A stretch of DNA of 64,000 nt, from the NCBI GenBank assembly GCA_023255625.1, contig JAHFLF010000001.1, positions 94,255 through 158,254 of the forward strand, given 5' to 3'. Position 1 is the first letter of the stretch. The number at the start of each line of letters is the position of its first letter. Positions 55,008 through 64,000 of the stretch are shown piece after piece. The stretch comes from Candidatus Harrisonbacteria bacterium (GTDB lineage: Bacteria; Patescibacteriota; Minisyncoccia; UBA6257; 1-14-0-10-44-23). A program made the position numbers and the translations under genes. Under the pieces are notes generated by a model. That model had not been told where the DNA came from. It saw only the letters and a program-made list of their open reading frames with translations, and ran no database searches.

Positions 55008-56809
55008 GTATGCGCCACCTCCCTCGTCTACTCCCTAGAACCTACTCCCTACCCGGCCTCGACTCGACTCGGCGAGGCGGGAAACCTTCCCAAGAAGGTT
55101 TCACCCTAATCGAAATGATGGTCACAGTCGGCATTCTTGCGCTACTGGCCGGGATTGTTATTAACGGCGTTAACCCGACGCGCCAAATTGGTACCACCCG
55201 CAACGCACAGCGGCTAAGCGACATCTCCGCTATCTCCGGAGCGGCCAATCATTATGCAATCGAAAAATTTACCGATTACCCGGCCGGAATTGATACGACG
55301 CTAAGAATGCTAGGAACGGCTGCATCGGGATGTACCGTTAGCTGTGGCCCGGACACAATCCCTCCCCCGCCACAGAGCATTACCTCATTCGCAGACAACA
55401 CCCAGCCGGAATTTGACGCCGGCACACATTCCAACACCCAGTGGAATATCAGCACATCTGCAATCGGTCTCACCGGCACAGGCCTGATCAATAAAACCGG
55501 CACTTACCTTTCCAAAATTTTTGACGGCGGCTCGTCAGTAACCTGGAACGCGCTTTCCTGGCTGCCACGCGCGCCCTACGGTAAAGAGCTCCCCTCGCCC
55601 TTTAGCGCGATTGAAACCGGCTACCCGACCGGTAGCGCCACAATGACCGGCAATGTTTTACTGATGCATACCAACGAAACGAGTGGCACGATCGCCGATG
55701 TCTCCGGCAACAGTAATAATGGCGCGAATATGGGTGGCATAACATATGGCGTCGCCGGCAAATTTAATAAGGCGCTTTCGTTTAACGGCACTAGCGGCTA
55801 CGCGCAGGTCAACACCGCGGCTAACCTGAACTTGCCCAACACCAGCGGCACAGTCATGCTCTGGATAAATCCGACCATCACGGCCGGCAGTATTCCGCAA
55901 AATACCGGCATGGGCATCATCCGCAAACCGGATTTTAACGGCAACCTTTTCGCGATGGGCGGGTACAGCATGGAAGTGTATCGTAATCTCGTCACGGGCC
56001 CGGCAAATATAAGAATGTACCTGGGCTGGAACAACGGAGTTACGACCTCCAATCAGTCAATCACCGGCGCAACGAATATTTTAAATAATACCTGGTATCA
56101 TGTAGCTATGACTTGGAACGCGGGGACAATGAATATTTATGTAAATGGGGTTTTAGACGGCACCGCGCCGCGCACCACCGGGCCGCTGAACTGGGCGGGT
56201 GGCACCGAAAAACTTTACATCGGCCACCGAGCCGCATCTCAATCCACTGGTTATGGCTGGTTTAATGGTTCGCTGGACGAGATAGCGCTGTTCAACCGGC
56301 AACTGACTGCGCCGGAAATCACCGCTGCTTATCAACGCGGCGCTTACGATCCAAAACTGCGCGTCCGCAGCTGCAACGATGCAGCATGTGTTGGCGAAAC
56401 CTTTGTTGGGCCAGATGGGACTGCCGGCACTTACTTCAGCGAAGAGACAAACACCGCGCTAACGCCGGCGACGCTCACGCCAAATGTCCCAGCCAACCGT
56501 TATCTACAATATCAACTAATCTTAGACACTGATACCCAAAGTGGCGGGCCGGAAATCGCCAGTGTTGGTGGCGGCAACAACGGCACTGGCGGGGGCAGCG
56601 GTACAGGAACCGCGACGACTGAAAATACTCTCGACAGCTGTCTAAATCTGACATCAGTTCTGGCCCCAAACTATCTGACCTCTATCCCCTTCGACCCGGC
56701 GACCGGAAACGCAGCCAAGACAAATTATGCCGTCAAAAAAATCCCAGGCGGGCTGCTAGTCCGCAGCTGTACGCCAGCGCTTAATAAGTCAATACAATTA
56801 ATTCAATAA
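55008..56809 (+). CDS. Type IV pilin-like protein with C-terminal LamG (concanavalin-A-like) domain
   Basis: Prepilin motif ...KPSQEG|FTLIEMMVTVGILALLAGI with E5. LamG pattern ...TWYHVAMTWNAGTMNIYVNGVLDG...LYIGHRAA...FNGSLDEIALFNRQLTAPEI. The 30-aa leader is unusually long, so the start is uncertain. Confidence 0.7.
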
Positions 56810-56816
56810 TAAATAT

Positions 56817-57668
56817 ATGGAGAACGCCCCAGTTTCCCAAACCGTAATTCCCCGCCCAAATCTGCCCGGCCCGATCGCTCTGCTTAAACAAGCATGGTCT
56901 GTGTTTGGCAAAAATTTCTGGCTATTTCTGACAATTATATCCGCGCCAACCATACTCGCCGCCGTTGTCGCCGTTATGCGCGCTAAAGCACTCCCGCAGC
57001 CACTCACCACAACGCCTGGCGGACTCATCCTGGAAATAGTTAATTTTCTAGTATCGATTTTAGCTGGCGGCGCAATCATTACCGCCGGACTAAAATTAGC
57101 AGCCGGAGAAACTACCTCCGCAGACCAGGCATATCGCCGTGTCTTTAATTTATTTTTCCCGTTCCTGTGGCTGAATATCCTGATGCTCCTTATCATCTGG
57201 GGCGGCACAACTCTGCTGATTATCCCGGGCATCATACTCTCGCTCTGTTTTTTCTTCACTGGCTTTATCTTTTTCAGCGGAACCGCTAAAGGAATAGACG
57301 CCCTGCTACTTAGCAAGGATTACGCCAAAGGTTATACAGCTACAATCTTCGGCCGTTTGTTAGTGGTCGGATTAATACTCATGATTCCGCTTCTCTTAGT
57401 AACTATCCCCTTCGGCGGAACGAACACGGTGGTCGGCACTTTAATCATCACCATAGTTAGCGGCGTAATGCTACAACCGCTGATAGTGCTTTATTCTCTG
57501 GAAATTTTCAAAAAAATCCAGCAGATAAAAGGAGTTCTGCAGCCGCAGTCATCTAAAAAAGCAAAGCGAACTATGTATGCGTTAGCGGTACTTGGCCTGC
57601 TAAGCGGTATTGGGCTGACCATCCTCTTTCTCAAGCTCCTTGCTGCCGTACCAGTTCAGATGCATTAA
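56817..57668 (+). CDS. hypothetical polytopic membrane protein (283 aa)
   Basis: Six or more TM helices. Confidence 0.45.
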   Translation: MENAPVSQTVIPRPNLPGPIALLKQAWSVFGKNFWLFLTIISAPTILAAVVAVMRAKALPQPLTTTPGGLILEIVNFLVSILAGGAIITAGLKLAAGETTSADQAYRRVFNLFFPFLWLNILMLLIIWGGTTLLIIPGIILSLCFFFTGFIFFSGTAKGIDALLLSKDYAKGYTATIFGRLLVVGLILMIPLLLVTIPFGGTNTVVGTLIITIVSGVMLQPLIVLYSLEIFKKIQQIKGVLQPQSSKKAKRTMYALAVLGLLSGIGLTILFLKLLAAVPVQMH

Positions 57669-57718
57669 AATACATAGCCCCCTAACGGCTATTTGGCAGT
57701 AATGTCCATGCTCTAGGC

Positions 57719-58438
57719 ATGCTATCATATCAATATACATATCTCATCGGGGATTTTTTAATATTTTTTCCGGTCTGGTTACTGCTGCTTGTCCATAGAA
57801 AGGATTTGTGGAAAATAATTTTCTTGGCTGGCCTTGTTTTCGGCCTCGTTTCTTTTCTCGCAGAACCTCTTTTTTTGAGAGATTACTGGCATCCCGGCTA
57901 TCTCAAACCGCTTTTTGTTGGAGGATATCAAATCGGATCACTTGAAGATTTTTTGTATGGATTTTTAAAAGGCGGAATAGCGAGCGTCATCTACGAAGAG
58001 ATCTTCGGTAAATTTCTCGCAAAACGAAAAAATAGAAAGCATCACTGGGTTTGGTTTTTGGCACCATTTTATATGGGAGGCGTGGCACTCTTTATCGTGC
58101 CCATCTACCTCTTGAACCTTAACTCGCTATACGCGGCGCTGCTCGCATCACTCTTTTGTTTTAGTTTTTATGTATGGCTCCGCAAAGACCTACTGTTTGA
58201 TTCTCTCATGAGCGGGATTCTAGTCGGCGCCCTATCCATTGTAGGCCTCTGGATACTTACTCTCATATTTCCTGAAATGTTCCACTTGTACTGGAAATTA
58301 CACAATTTAAGCGGCATATTCGTCGCCGGAGTACCCGTTGAGGAGCTATTGGAATCCTTCGCGGTTGGCATGATCGGCGGTCCATTCTATGAATTTTTCA
58401 TGGGGAGACGATTCCTAAAAACACAAAAAAACGGCTAA
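57719..58438 (+). CDS. polytopic membrane protein, possibly lycopene-cyclase-domain family
   Basis: Repeated TM bundles with a PxEE-type motif (VAGVPVEELLESF). Weak assignment. Confidence 0.35.
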   Translation: MLSYQYTYLIGDFLIFFPVWLLLLVHRKDLWKIIFLAGLVFGLVSFLAEPLFLRDYWHPGYLKPLFVGGYQIGSLEDFLYGFLKGGIASVIYEEIFGKFLAKRKNRKHHWVWFLAPFYMGGVALFIVPIYLLNLNSLYAALLASLFCFSFYVWLRKDLLFDSLMSGILVGALSIVGLWILTLIFPEMFHLYWKLHNLSGIFVAGVPVEELLESFAVGMIGGPFYEFFMGRRFLKTQKNG

Positions 58439-58456
58439 GCCGTTTTTTTGTGTTTG

Positions 58457-58529
58457 TGCTCTCGCTAGGAATCGAACCTAGATTTGCCACTTCGCAGGCG
58501 GCTGTCCTATCCATTGAACGACAAGAGCA
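58457..58529 (-). tRNA. tRNA-Arg (anticodon GCG)
   Basis: Minus read GCTCTTG TC GTTC AATGGAT A GGAC A GCCGC CTGCGAA GTGGC AAAT CTAGG TTCGATT CCTAG CGAGAGC A. One G-U in the acceptor stem and one in the anticodon stem. Confidence 0.65.
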
Positions 58530-58597
58530 TACTATTTAATTATCCACTCCGACGCTCGTTACTACGAGGTCGGAGAGCCGGCTTACTGCGTCGGCTT

Positions 58598-58614
58598 TGA
58601 ACGACAAGAGCATT
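58598..58614. repeat. 17-nt direct copy of the tRNA-Arg 5' end
   Basis: ttgaacgacaagagcat at 58598-58614 equals 58514-58530 (minus-strand ATGCTCTTGTCGTTCAA). The copy sits 67 nt upstream of the gene on the tRNA strand. Confidence 0.6.
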
Positions 58615-58748
58615 GCTTTCGGTGCATAGAGCATATCTAAAAATACCAGAAAAGACAACCTGCAAATAATGTATTACTGCCTAGACACCTTAACTCTCTA
58701 ATTTAAACTCGGGAATTTCAGTTGGCCATTTATCACCGTAGGTATATC

Positions 58749-59165
58749 CTATCGTTTAACTTCCGTAAGCTCAAAGGTTTCATGATCTTTTTCAAATTTG
58801 ATGCGAAAATTCTCAAAGAAAACTTCCTGGCCCAATAGAATATTCACATTTTCACTATCAACATACCATGCGGGAACCGTTATTGATTCCTTCAAATCTT
58901 TAATCTTGAAAGTGAATTGACCACAATAGACGGAGACCTTGCCGCTACCGATGCCCATGATTTCTTTTTTCTCTTCAAGTTTAATGCCAAGCGCCTTGGC
59001 GTATTCAATATTGAGTGTTGTTGTGTCAGCGCCAGAATCAATAATCGCAGGAACTTCTCCATAGGTTCCGTCCGCGAACTTAAGCTCCAAGCCGAGAATG
59101 GGCCGTTTGACAATCCTTTTTCTTGAATCAAAAACTCCGATGGCAGGCGAATAACGAAATTTCAT
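58749..59165 (-). CDS. Retropepsin-like aspartic protease (clan AA)
   Basis: ...AIIDSGADTTTLN... catalytic D-S/T-G-A motif in a ~130-aa single-domain protein. Confidence 0.65.
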   Translation of the reverse strand: MKFRYSPAIGVFDSRKRIVKRPILGLELKFADGTYGEVPAIIDSGADTTTLNIEYAKALGIKLEEKKEIMGIGSGKVSVYCGQFTFKIKDLKESITVPAWYVDSENVNILLGQEVFFENFRIKFEKDHETFELTEVKR

Positions 59166-59390
59166 TTAAAAAAATACATTTGGGGCGTAGCCGAGCTGCG
59201 GAAGCACCTTAATAACCACTTTGTTTTCCTTATCAGCCGTTTTCTTAAGCAACTCGGAAAGACTTTCGCCAATGGCAATAATTTTCTGATAATCTGAAGT
59301 AAGCGCAACCCATTTATTAATGTGCACTTTTGTGATAACGGCTGCTGACCATGCTTTTACAATCTTTTCATCCATTTTTATATTATACAC
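59166..59390 (-). CDS. small hypothetical protein (74 aa), adjacent to and coupled with the retropepsin gene
   Basis: Stop abuts the protease start (no gap). No motif. Confidence 0.35.
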   Translation of the reverse strand: MYNIKMDEKIVKAWSAAVITKVHINKWVALTSDYQKIIAIGESLSELLKKTADKENKVVIKVLPQLGYAPNVFF

Positions 59391-59457
59391 TTGTTAAATC
59401 AACAGAGCAAGATTCCGGCCGATTATCTCTACTCCCTACTTCTACTGAATTCTTTTT

Positions 59458-59910
59458 TCAGAGCCCCATCCGACGCATGATTATCTCGCCTAATCCCTCG
59501 TTGTAATCAAAAGGTCTCAAGTAATGAGACAAGAAGGCGTCTGCTTTTGCGGCGAGCGGACGCGGCAACAACAGACGAACAAAGGTAGAAATTTTTTCCC
59601 GCGGCCGCAAAATCAACTCAACATACTCCGCATTAATTTCGATAATTGAATAAGCGTTCAAATTATTAAAAAAATACCGCGGCTGATCGTCTACCTTAAC
59701 GCCCTCTTCGGTAAGTTCATAAGTATAACTAACCGGCTGCGCCCGCCCCATAAATAAAATCAGGAGCTCGCCGATAATCACAAACAGGGCGAATAAAATA
59801 TTTTTTTGAAAAAGCGCAAAAATTACTAAAATGCCGGCAATCGCTATGCTCGCGAGATGCCAGCCGGCGCTGCGTTCACTATGCGCAAATTCAGGAGCGG
59901 TCCATTGCAT
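59458..59910 (-). CDS. hypothetical membrane protein (150 aa)
   Basis: Two N-terminal TM helices then a soluble domain. Confidence 0.4.
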   Translation of the reverse strand: MQWTAPEFAHSERSAGWHLASIAIAGILVIFALFQKNILFALFVIIGELLILFMGRAQPVSYTYELTEEGVKVDDQPRYFFNNLNAYSIIEINAEYVELILRPREKISTFVRLLLPRPLAAKADAFLSHYLRPFDYNEGLGEIIMRRMGL

Positions 59911-59945
59911 CAGTACAGTATACAGCTAGCGGACAGCGCCGACCA

Positions 59946-61122
59946 GATGTATGATATCTCTATGAAATGCTACTACTGCGGCAACAATCCAGTCCCGCAT
60001 CAATTCGTTAAAGCCAACGAGACAATGGCGCTGCTTCTTGAACCGTTGGATAGATTCAGCCAATGGATTGGACTGCATAAACTACTGGATCCGATTTTTT
60101 ACAAAGCCACGCCTTTGGGCGTAAAAATTTTAGAAAACCTGGGCATTGTCCGGTTTACTCAAGATATCTCCCAGGTGCGCACTACCCGCTCTAAAGTCAT
60201 CTGGACGGAGGCGGCGCGGCGCGGAATCACTATGGAGCAGATGCATATTCTTGGTCGGGCGACTGATTTTTTCCGTGCCATCATAAATGGCAAAATAATC
60301 TATTTTGAAAGTTTGCCAATCCCCCGTCATCTGAATCTCGAATCAGAACAATGGCTGGATAACAAAATGCAACTCAAAAAACGATTGCTCGAGGCCGGAC
60401 TGCCCGCGCCGCGTGGTGGCGGCTTTAAAAAATGGCCAGAGATGAAGCGCGCTTTTTCAATGCTCAAAAGGCCGGTGATTATCAAGCCGGCGATTGGTTC
60501 GCGCGGCCGTCATACGACTACCAACATTCATACTGAAAAGCAATTGAAAGAGGCCTATCGAGCGGCTAAACAGATTGCAGAACGGCTGGTTATGGAGGAG
60601 CACCTGATTGGCAGCGTCTACCGAGCCACAATTGTTAATGACAAGCTCGTCGGCGTTTTACGCGGCGACCCGCCACGCGTCACCGGTGATGGCATAAGTA
60701 CGATTACCGAACTTGTTCAGTTAAAAAATAAAAATAAGCACGCGGATGTGCACGAGGTTGAAATCACGCCTTATATTGAAAACTTTCTGTCTAGAAACAA
60801 TTACACGACGGAGACAATTTTACCAAAAGGACAGACAATTGATCTGATGGAAAAAATCGGCGTTGGCTACGGCGGTTACAAGGCCGAGGAAATCGAGATA
60901 ACCCATCCGGAAACAAAACGCATTTTAGAAGAGGTCGGCCGGCTCGTGAATTTCCCGGTCATGGGTTTTGATTTTATTGTTCAAGATATTACTAAAGATC
61001 CGCACACGCAAAACTGGGGAATCATCGAATGCAATTCCCTGCCCTTCATTGACCTACATCACTTCCCGCTGGAGGGCCAGCCCGTCAATGTCGCAGGATA
61101 TGTTTGGGATTTGTGGAAGTAG
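59946..61122 (+). CDS. ATP-grasp domain protein (RimK/cyanophycin-synthetase-like)
   Basis: ...RPVIIKPAIGSRGRHTTT...EEHLIGSVYRATIVNDKLVGVLRG...GFDFIVQD...WGIIECNSLP: ATP-grasp central and C-domains. Start at MYDISMK (the track start overlaps the upstream gene). Confidence 0.55.
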
Positions 61123-61124
61123 AC

Positions 61125-61245
61125 TCGCGTTATTCCGTCCTGCCCAGACGGGGCCGGCATATTTTTCTGCTGAAAAATTGCCTCTGGTCTCGCTCCGCCG
61201 AGCTGCGACACGCCCCGCTTAGGGCAGGACAGAATAACGCTCGCA
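61125..61245. repeat. Hairpin-core element copy 4 (inverted orientation, inside a 19-bp palindrome) between convergent genes
   Basis: gcgttattccgtcctgccc [...ggcatatttttctgctgaaaaattgcctctggtctcgctccgccgagctgcgacacgcc...] gggcaggacagaataacgc. The reverse complement of the core matches copy 1. Confidence 0.7.
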
Positions 61246-61434
61246 AGAGAATCGTGACTCGTGCGTAGCACGAGTCACGAAGAAGTACGCTAAATAAAAA
61301 TCCCGCGTTCAGCTGATAACGCAGGATTTTAAAGAGGATCGTCTCTCGGATACCGAGTTTAATGACCCTTCAAGTGGCCTGTTTTCATATACAGAAAGTA
61401 TAACACAACCGCTGACGCCCTGTGGATAAAAAAT

Positions 61435-63006
61435 TTAAAAATCAATTAGCTCTAGTTTCTTAAGTCGCGAACGAATCGAACCGCTATTCCGGCCAAACAA
61501 CTCGCAAAGTTCTTGAATGGTTGCGCCGGATTTATATTGTAGTCGCAGAGAATCGTCATCTTCATTTTTCCACGGCTCGTAAGCATTTGGAGATTTCTCT
61601 CTCTTTTTGGCCAGCCACTCGCTTTTTTCGGTTTTGGATTTCCGGTTCGCCGTACTCGGCGAACCGGCGGGCTGCTTCTTAATTTTCCCGCCACAAGCAA
61701 CAAGAAAATCCTCCTGTAGCTTGAGTCGCTCATCGCGCGAACTATATTCCAAACCGCTGGCCGCCGCCGCTGACCTTTGATGAAACTCTTCATCGCGCGA
61801 AAGCACCTCCGGATGCACTTGGAGCGCCCGCTCGTTAAATCCTAACAAATGCAGTCCGGACAGCCGCCGCACTCGCGAGAGCGCCACATATCCCTGGCCA
61901 AACTCAAAGCAACTGGACAGGTCAATCACAGCGGCGTCCATGCTCATCCCCTGGCTCTTATGAATTGTCATTGCCCAGGCGAGCCGCAGAGGAATTTGGC
62001 TAATGCTGGCGCGAACCTTACCCTCCTCTTCAATGTCCCACTCCATCGGCGCAACAATAATTTTTTGACCATTTATAGTCGTAATCATCGGCTGACCATT
62101 ATCTGGAGAAAAACCACTGACCACGCCCAGAGTCCCATTCATAAAACCCAGTTCGCTATTATTTTTAGTGCACATCACCGAAGCGCCAATCTTTAAAATC
62201 AGCCGTTCCGGCGACAGACAGCCGCGCTTCAATGCTTCAACAAACTTATCCGGCCCGCTGCTTTGCATTAAAAATTCTCTTTCGCCGCCCGTCAGCTTAC
62301 GTAACTCGCGCGTATTAATTGTATCTACATCAGCATTGTGCGGAAACAAACGCGGCAGCTCGGCGATAACCTGTTCGTGCCGACCAACGCGACCCTGCAA
62401 ATACCGGCGGTGTTCTTCTGTATAATCACCTGATCGAACCGCAGAGAGCATTGATAAGAAATCCTGGTCGTCCTGCCGGTGCTGCTCGGTCAGATAACAA
62501 ACTGTTGGTGCGAGCTCCTGCCAGACATCAGACTCAAAGCAAAATCGGGAGTCACTCTCTTCGCCCCGCGAGACAGGCGGCAGCTGAAAAAAATCACCGA
62601 CTAAGACGACCTGCAATCCGCCAAATGGCCGCGCAATATTCCGCACCTTCCGGCATACCGAATCTACCAAATCTAAAGTCCGGGCTGAAAGCATCGAAAC
62701 CTCGTCAATAATTAAAACGCTTGCTTTTAGAAGCCGCCGATTAATAAACCTGTTGTGCGCCATTTTCTCAAAATCATCTTTCGTCAAAACCTGCTTAATC
62801 CCAATTCCGCTCCAGGAATGAATCGTCATCCCGTGGATATGCGTCGCCGCAATACCGGTTGAGGCGGTAATCGCCGGCTCAATCTGATGATCGCGTAAAT
62901 ACTGCACATACAAATTGACTGTATGTGTTTTACCTGCGCCCGGTTCGCCGGTCAAAAAAACCGACTCCCCTGTTTTTAAAATATCTAGTGCCTGCTCCTG
63001 CGTCAT
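61435..63006 (-). CDS. PIF1/RecD-like superfamily-1 DNA helicase with C-terminal extension
   Basis: Walker A GEPGAGKTH, DEVSM (Walker B), VLVGDFFQLPPV motif, helicase C-terminal domain, then a ~100-aa basic tail. Confidence 0.8.
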   Translation of the reverse strand: MTQEQALDILKTGESVFLTGEPGAGKTHTVNLYVQYLRDHQIEPAITASTGIAATHIHGMTIHSWSGIGIKQVLTKDDFEKMAHNRFINRRLLKASVLIIDEVSMLSARTLDLVDSVCRKVRNIARPFGGLQVVLVGDFFQLPPVSRGEESDSRFCFESDVWQELAPTVCYLTEQHRQDDQDFLSMLSAVRSGDYTEEHRRYLQGRVGRHEQVIAELPRLFPHNADVDTINTRELRKLTGGEREFLMQSSGPDKFVEALKRGCLSPERLILKIGASVMCTKNNSELGFMNGTLGVVSGFSPDNGQPMITTINGQKIIVAPMEWDIEEEGKVRASISQIPLRLAWAMTIHKSQGMSMDAAVIDLSSCFEFGQGYVALSRVRRLSGLHLLGFNERALQVHPEVLSRDEEFHQRSAAAASGLEYSSRDERLKLQEDFLVACGGKIKKQPAGSPSTANRKSKTEKSEWLAKKREKSPNAYEPWKNEDDDSLRLQYKSGATIQELCELFGRNSGSIRSRLKKLELIDF

Positions 63007-63107
63007 GGCTTACAGTATATCCTACCCGATACCCGCTCTACAAAATCTGCCAGAAAATCAAAACACGCCGCAAGCTCGCGGCGTGTTTTGATTTGATACA
63101 TTTCCGA

Positions 63108-63317
63108 CTAAGCAGTTGCGGCTACGCGAGAAACATTGACAGCGGCCGGGCCTTTTTCGCCCTGAACCACTTCAAAAGTTACGGCATCGCCGGCCTTGAG
63201 CTCATCGAAAGTGACTCCGACCAAATCCTTCGAGTGGAAGAAAAGATCCTTTGGATCACCTTCGCGGGAAATAAAACCAAATCCCCGAGGAGTAATAGTC
63301 TTGATTGTTCCGTTCAT
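63108..63317 (-). CDS. cspA: Cold-shock protein (CspA family)
   Basis: MNGTIKTITPRGFGFI...FHSKDL... RNP1/RNP2 motifs. Confidence 0.9.
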   Translation of the reverse strand: MNGTIKTITPRGFGFISREGDPKDLFFHSKDLVGVTFDELKAGDAVTFEVVQGEKGPAAVNVSRVAATA

Positions 63318-63492
63318 ATGATGTTGTGTGTGTTTTACAATGTGAGAAACTCGACGCCTGTTCCTGTGTCTATGTGACTTAAAAATTATAGAGTATCATA
63401 AAACATTTGTCAAATAACTACGCCGCCGGTTCAACAAGTAAGTGCAATATGTTGCCTCCGTGGGCGCTATTCGAACTAGTTCGGCCGCCCCG

Positions 63493-64000
63493 TTATCGTG
63501 TTTCCTTCTGCGTCGTTATCTGCTCAACGCGCGTGCGGGTCGCTGTATCGAAATATCCGCTCACCGGCCGGATACTCGCCGCGGCTTGAAAGCGAGTGAG
63601 GGCCTGCTTGGTTAGTGGGCCGAAGTAGCCGGTAAATAATCCTCGCGGATAGTAGCCTTGTGTACCCAGGAATATTTGCAATGAAAGAACATCGGCTCCT
63701 TCTGAACCAATATTTAAGTTTCGATAGAATGAGGATTTTTGAACAATCTGGCGTGTCTTTGAAATTGCCTGGAGTTTGGTCCTTGTAACCGCATCGGCAC
63801 TGCCGGTTATCGGAAGGCCGTGCTTGACCTGAAAACGAGTGATTGCTTTTTGAGTGAGTCCTCCGAAATAGCCGGTTATGAGTTGCTCCGGATAGACTGC
63901 AGGATTTTGTGCGAGCAGGAGTTGGATATGGCGCACCTCGCGTCCGGTCGTCCCGACTGCACTATCGCTTGCTAACACATAGTGCGGAGCTCGTTGCAGG
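63493..64000 (-). CDS. Peptidoglycan-binding (PG_binding_1) repeat protein, N-terminus beyond window end
   Basis: Two repeats with ...YFGGLTQKAITRFQVKHGLPITG... / ...YFGPLTKQALTRFQAAASI.... No start found before the window edge. Confidence 0.55.
   Translation of the reverse strand, partial: LQRAPHYVLASDSAVGTTGREVRHIQLLLAQNPAVYPEQLITGYFGGLTQKAITRFQVKHGLPITGSADAVTRTKLQAISKTRQIVQKSSFYRNLNIGSEGADVLSLQIFLGTQGYYPRGLFTGYFGPLTKQALTRFQAAASIRPVSGYFDTATRTRVEQITTQKETR

Noticed and set aside
61849-62711. Several plus-strand ORFs (61849..62196, 62168..62425, 62451..62711)
   Set aside because: All lie inside and antisense to the well-supported PIF1 helicase gene.

Overview
Coordinates of hand-located features are ±1-2 nt.

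This window reads as one chromosomal segment of a small, streamlined, roughly 45-48 % GC bacterial genome. Its gene content hints at Patescibacteria/CPR, possibly Saccharibacteria-like (inference from content only). The hints are RNase Y, a short SMC, a LamG-type IV pilin, TrbC/VirB2-like pilin arrays, and small overlapping housekeeping genes.

Housekeeping content:
- dcw genes mraZ-rsmH-ftsL-ftsI-murF; rplJ-rplL; rpsP-khpA-like...trmD.
- smc, rnc, nusB, dnaE, thrS, gyrA, xerC/D-like recombinase, rmuC, gpmI, rny, hup, cspA, a PIF1-like helicase.
- Six tRNAs: Glu-CTC, Val-CAC, Leu-TAG, Gly-GCC, Arg-GCG, plus a tRNA-like fragment.

Accessory and unusual content:
1. Two paralogous ~577-aa proteins with dozens of cysteines flank an amino-acid-type ABC importer. 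All three transcription units carry copies of a ~110-nt conserved 5' leader that ends in a terminator-like hairpin plus U-run, so it looks like a shared attenuator or riboswitch-like element.
2. A four-copy repeat family has a conserved ~60-nt core sitting in the loop of long, copy-specific perfect palindromes at gene 3' ends. One copy is inverted and the inner stem co-varies between copies.
3. A 34-nt hairpin element occurs twice with compensatory substitutions. One copy sits between gene B and a synonymous duplicate of its last 8 codons; the other sits next to tRNA-Val.
4. Short duplicated pieces of tRNA genes lie next to three different tRNAs.
5. A tandem array of five divergent TrbC/VirB2-like small pilin paralogs is interrupted by a ~62 % GC island encoding an SPFH/flotillin-like protein and a small NfeD-like membrane protein.
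6. Other accessory features: at least seven high-GC islands; a hicB/hicA-like pair; a wHTH plus Cas2-like-domain gene bracketed by CCATGG-centred palindromes next to tRNA-Leu; a 13x tandem 10-bp array in a divergent promoter; a poly-G9 tract that frameshifts a secreted-protein gene; and a genome-wide TTAGTTAG intergenic hairpin repeat.

All protein calls rest on recognisable motifs read from the translations, not on any search.
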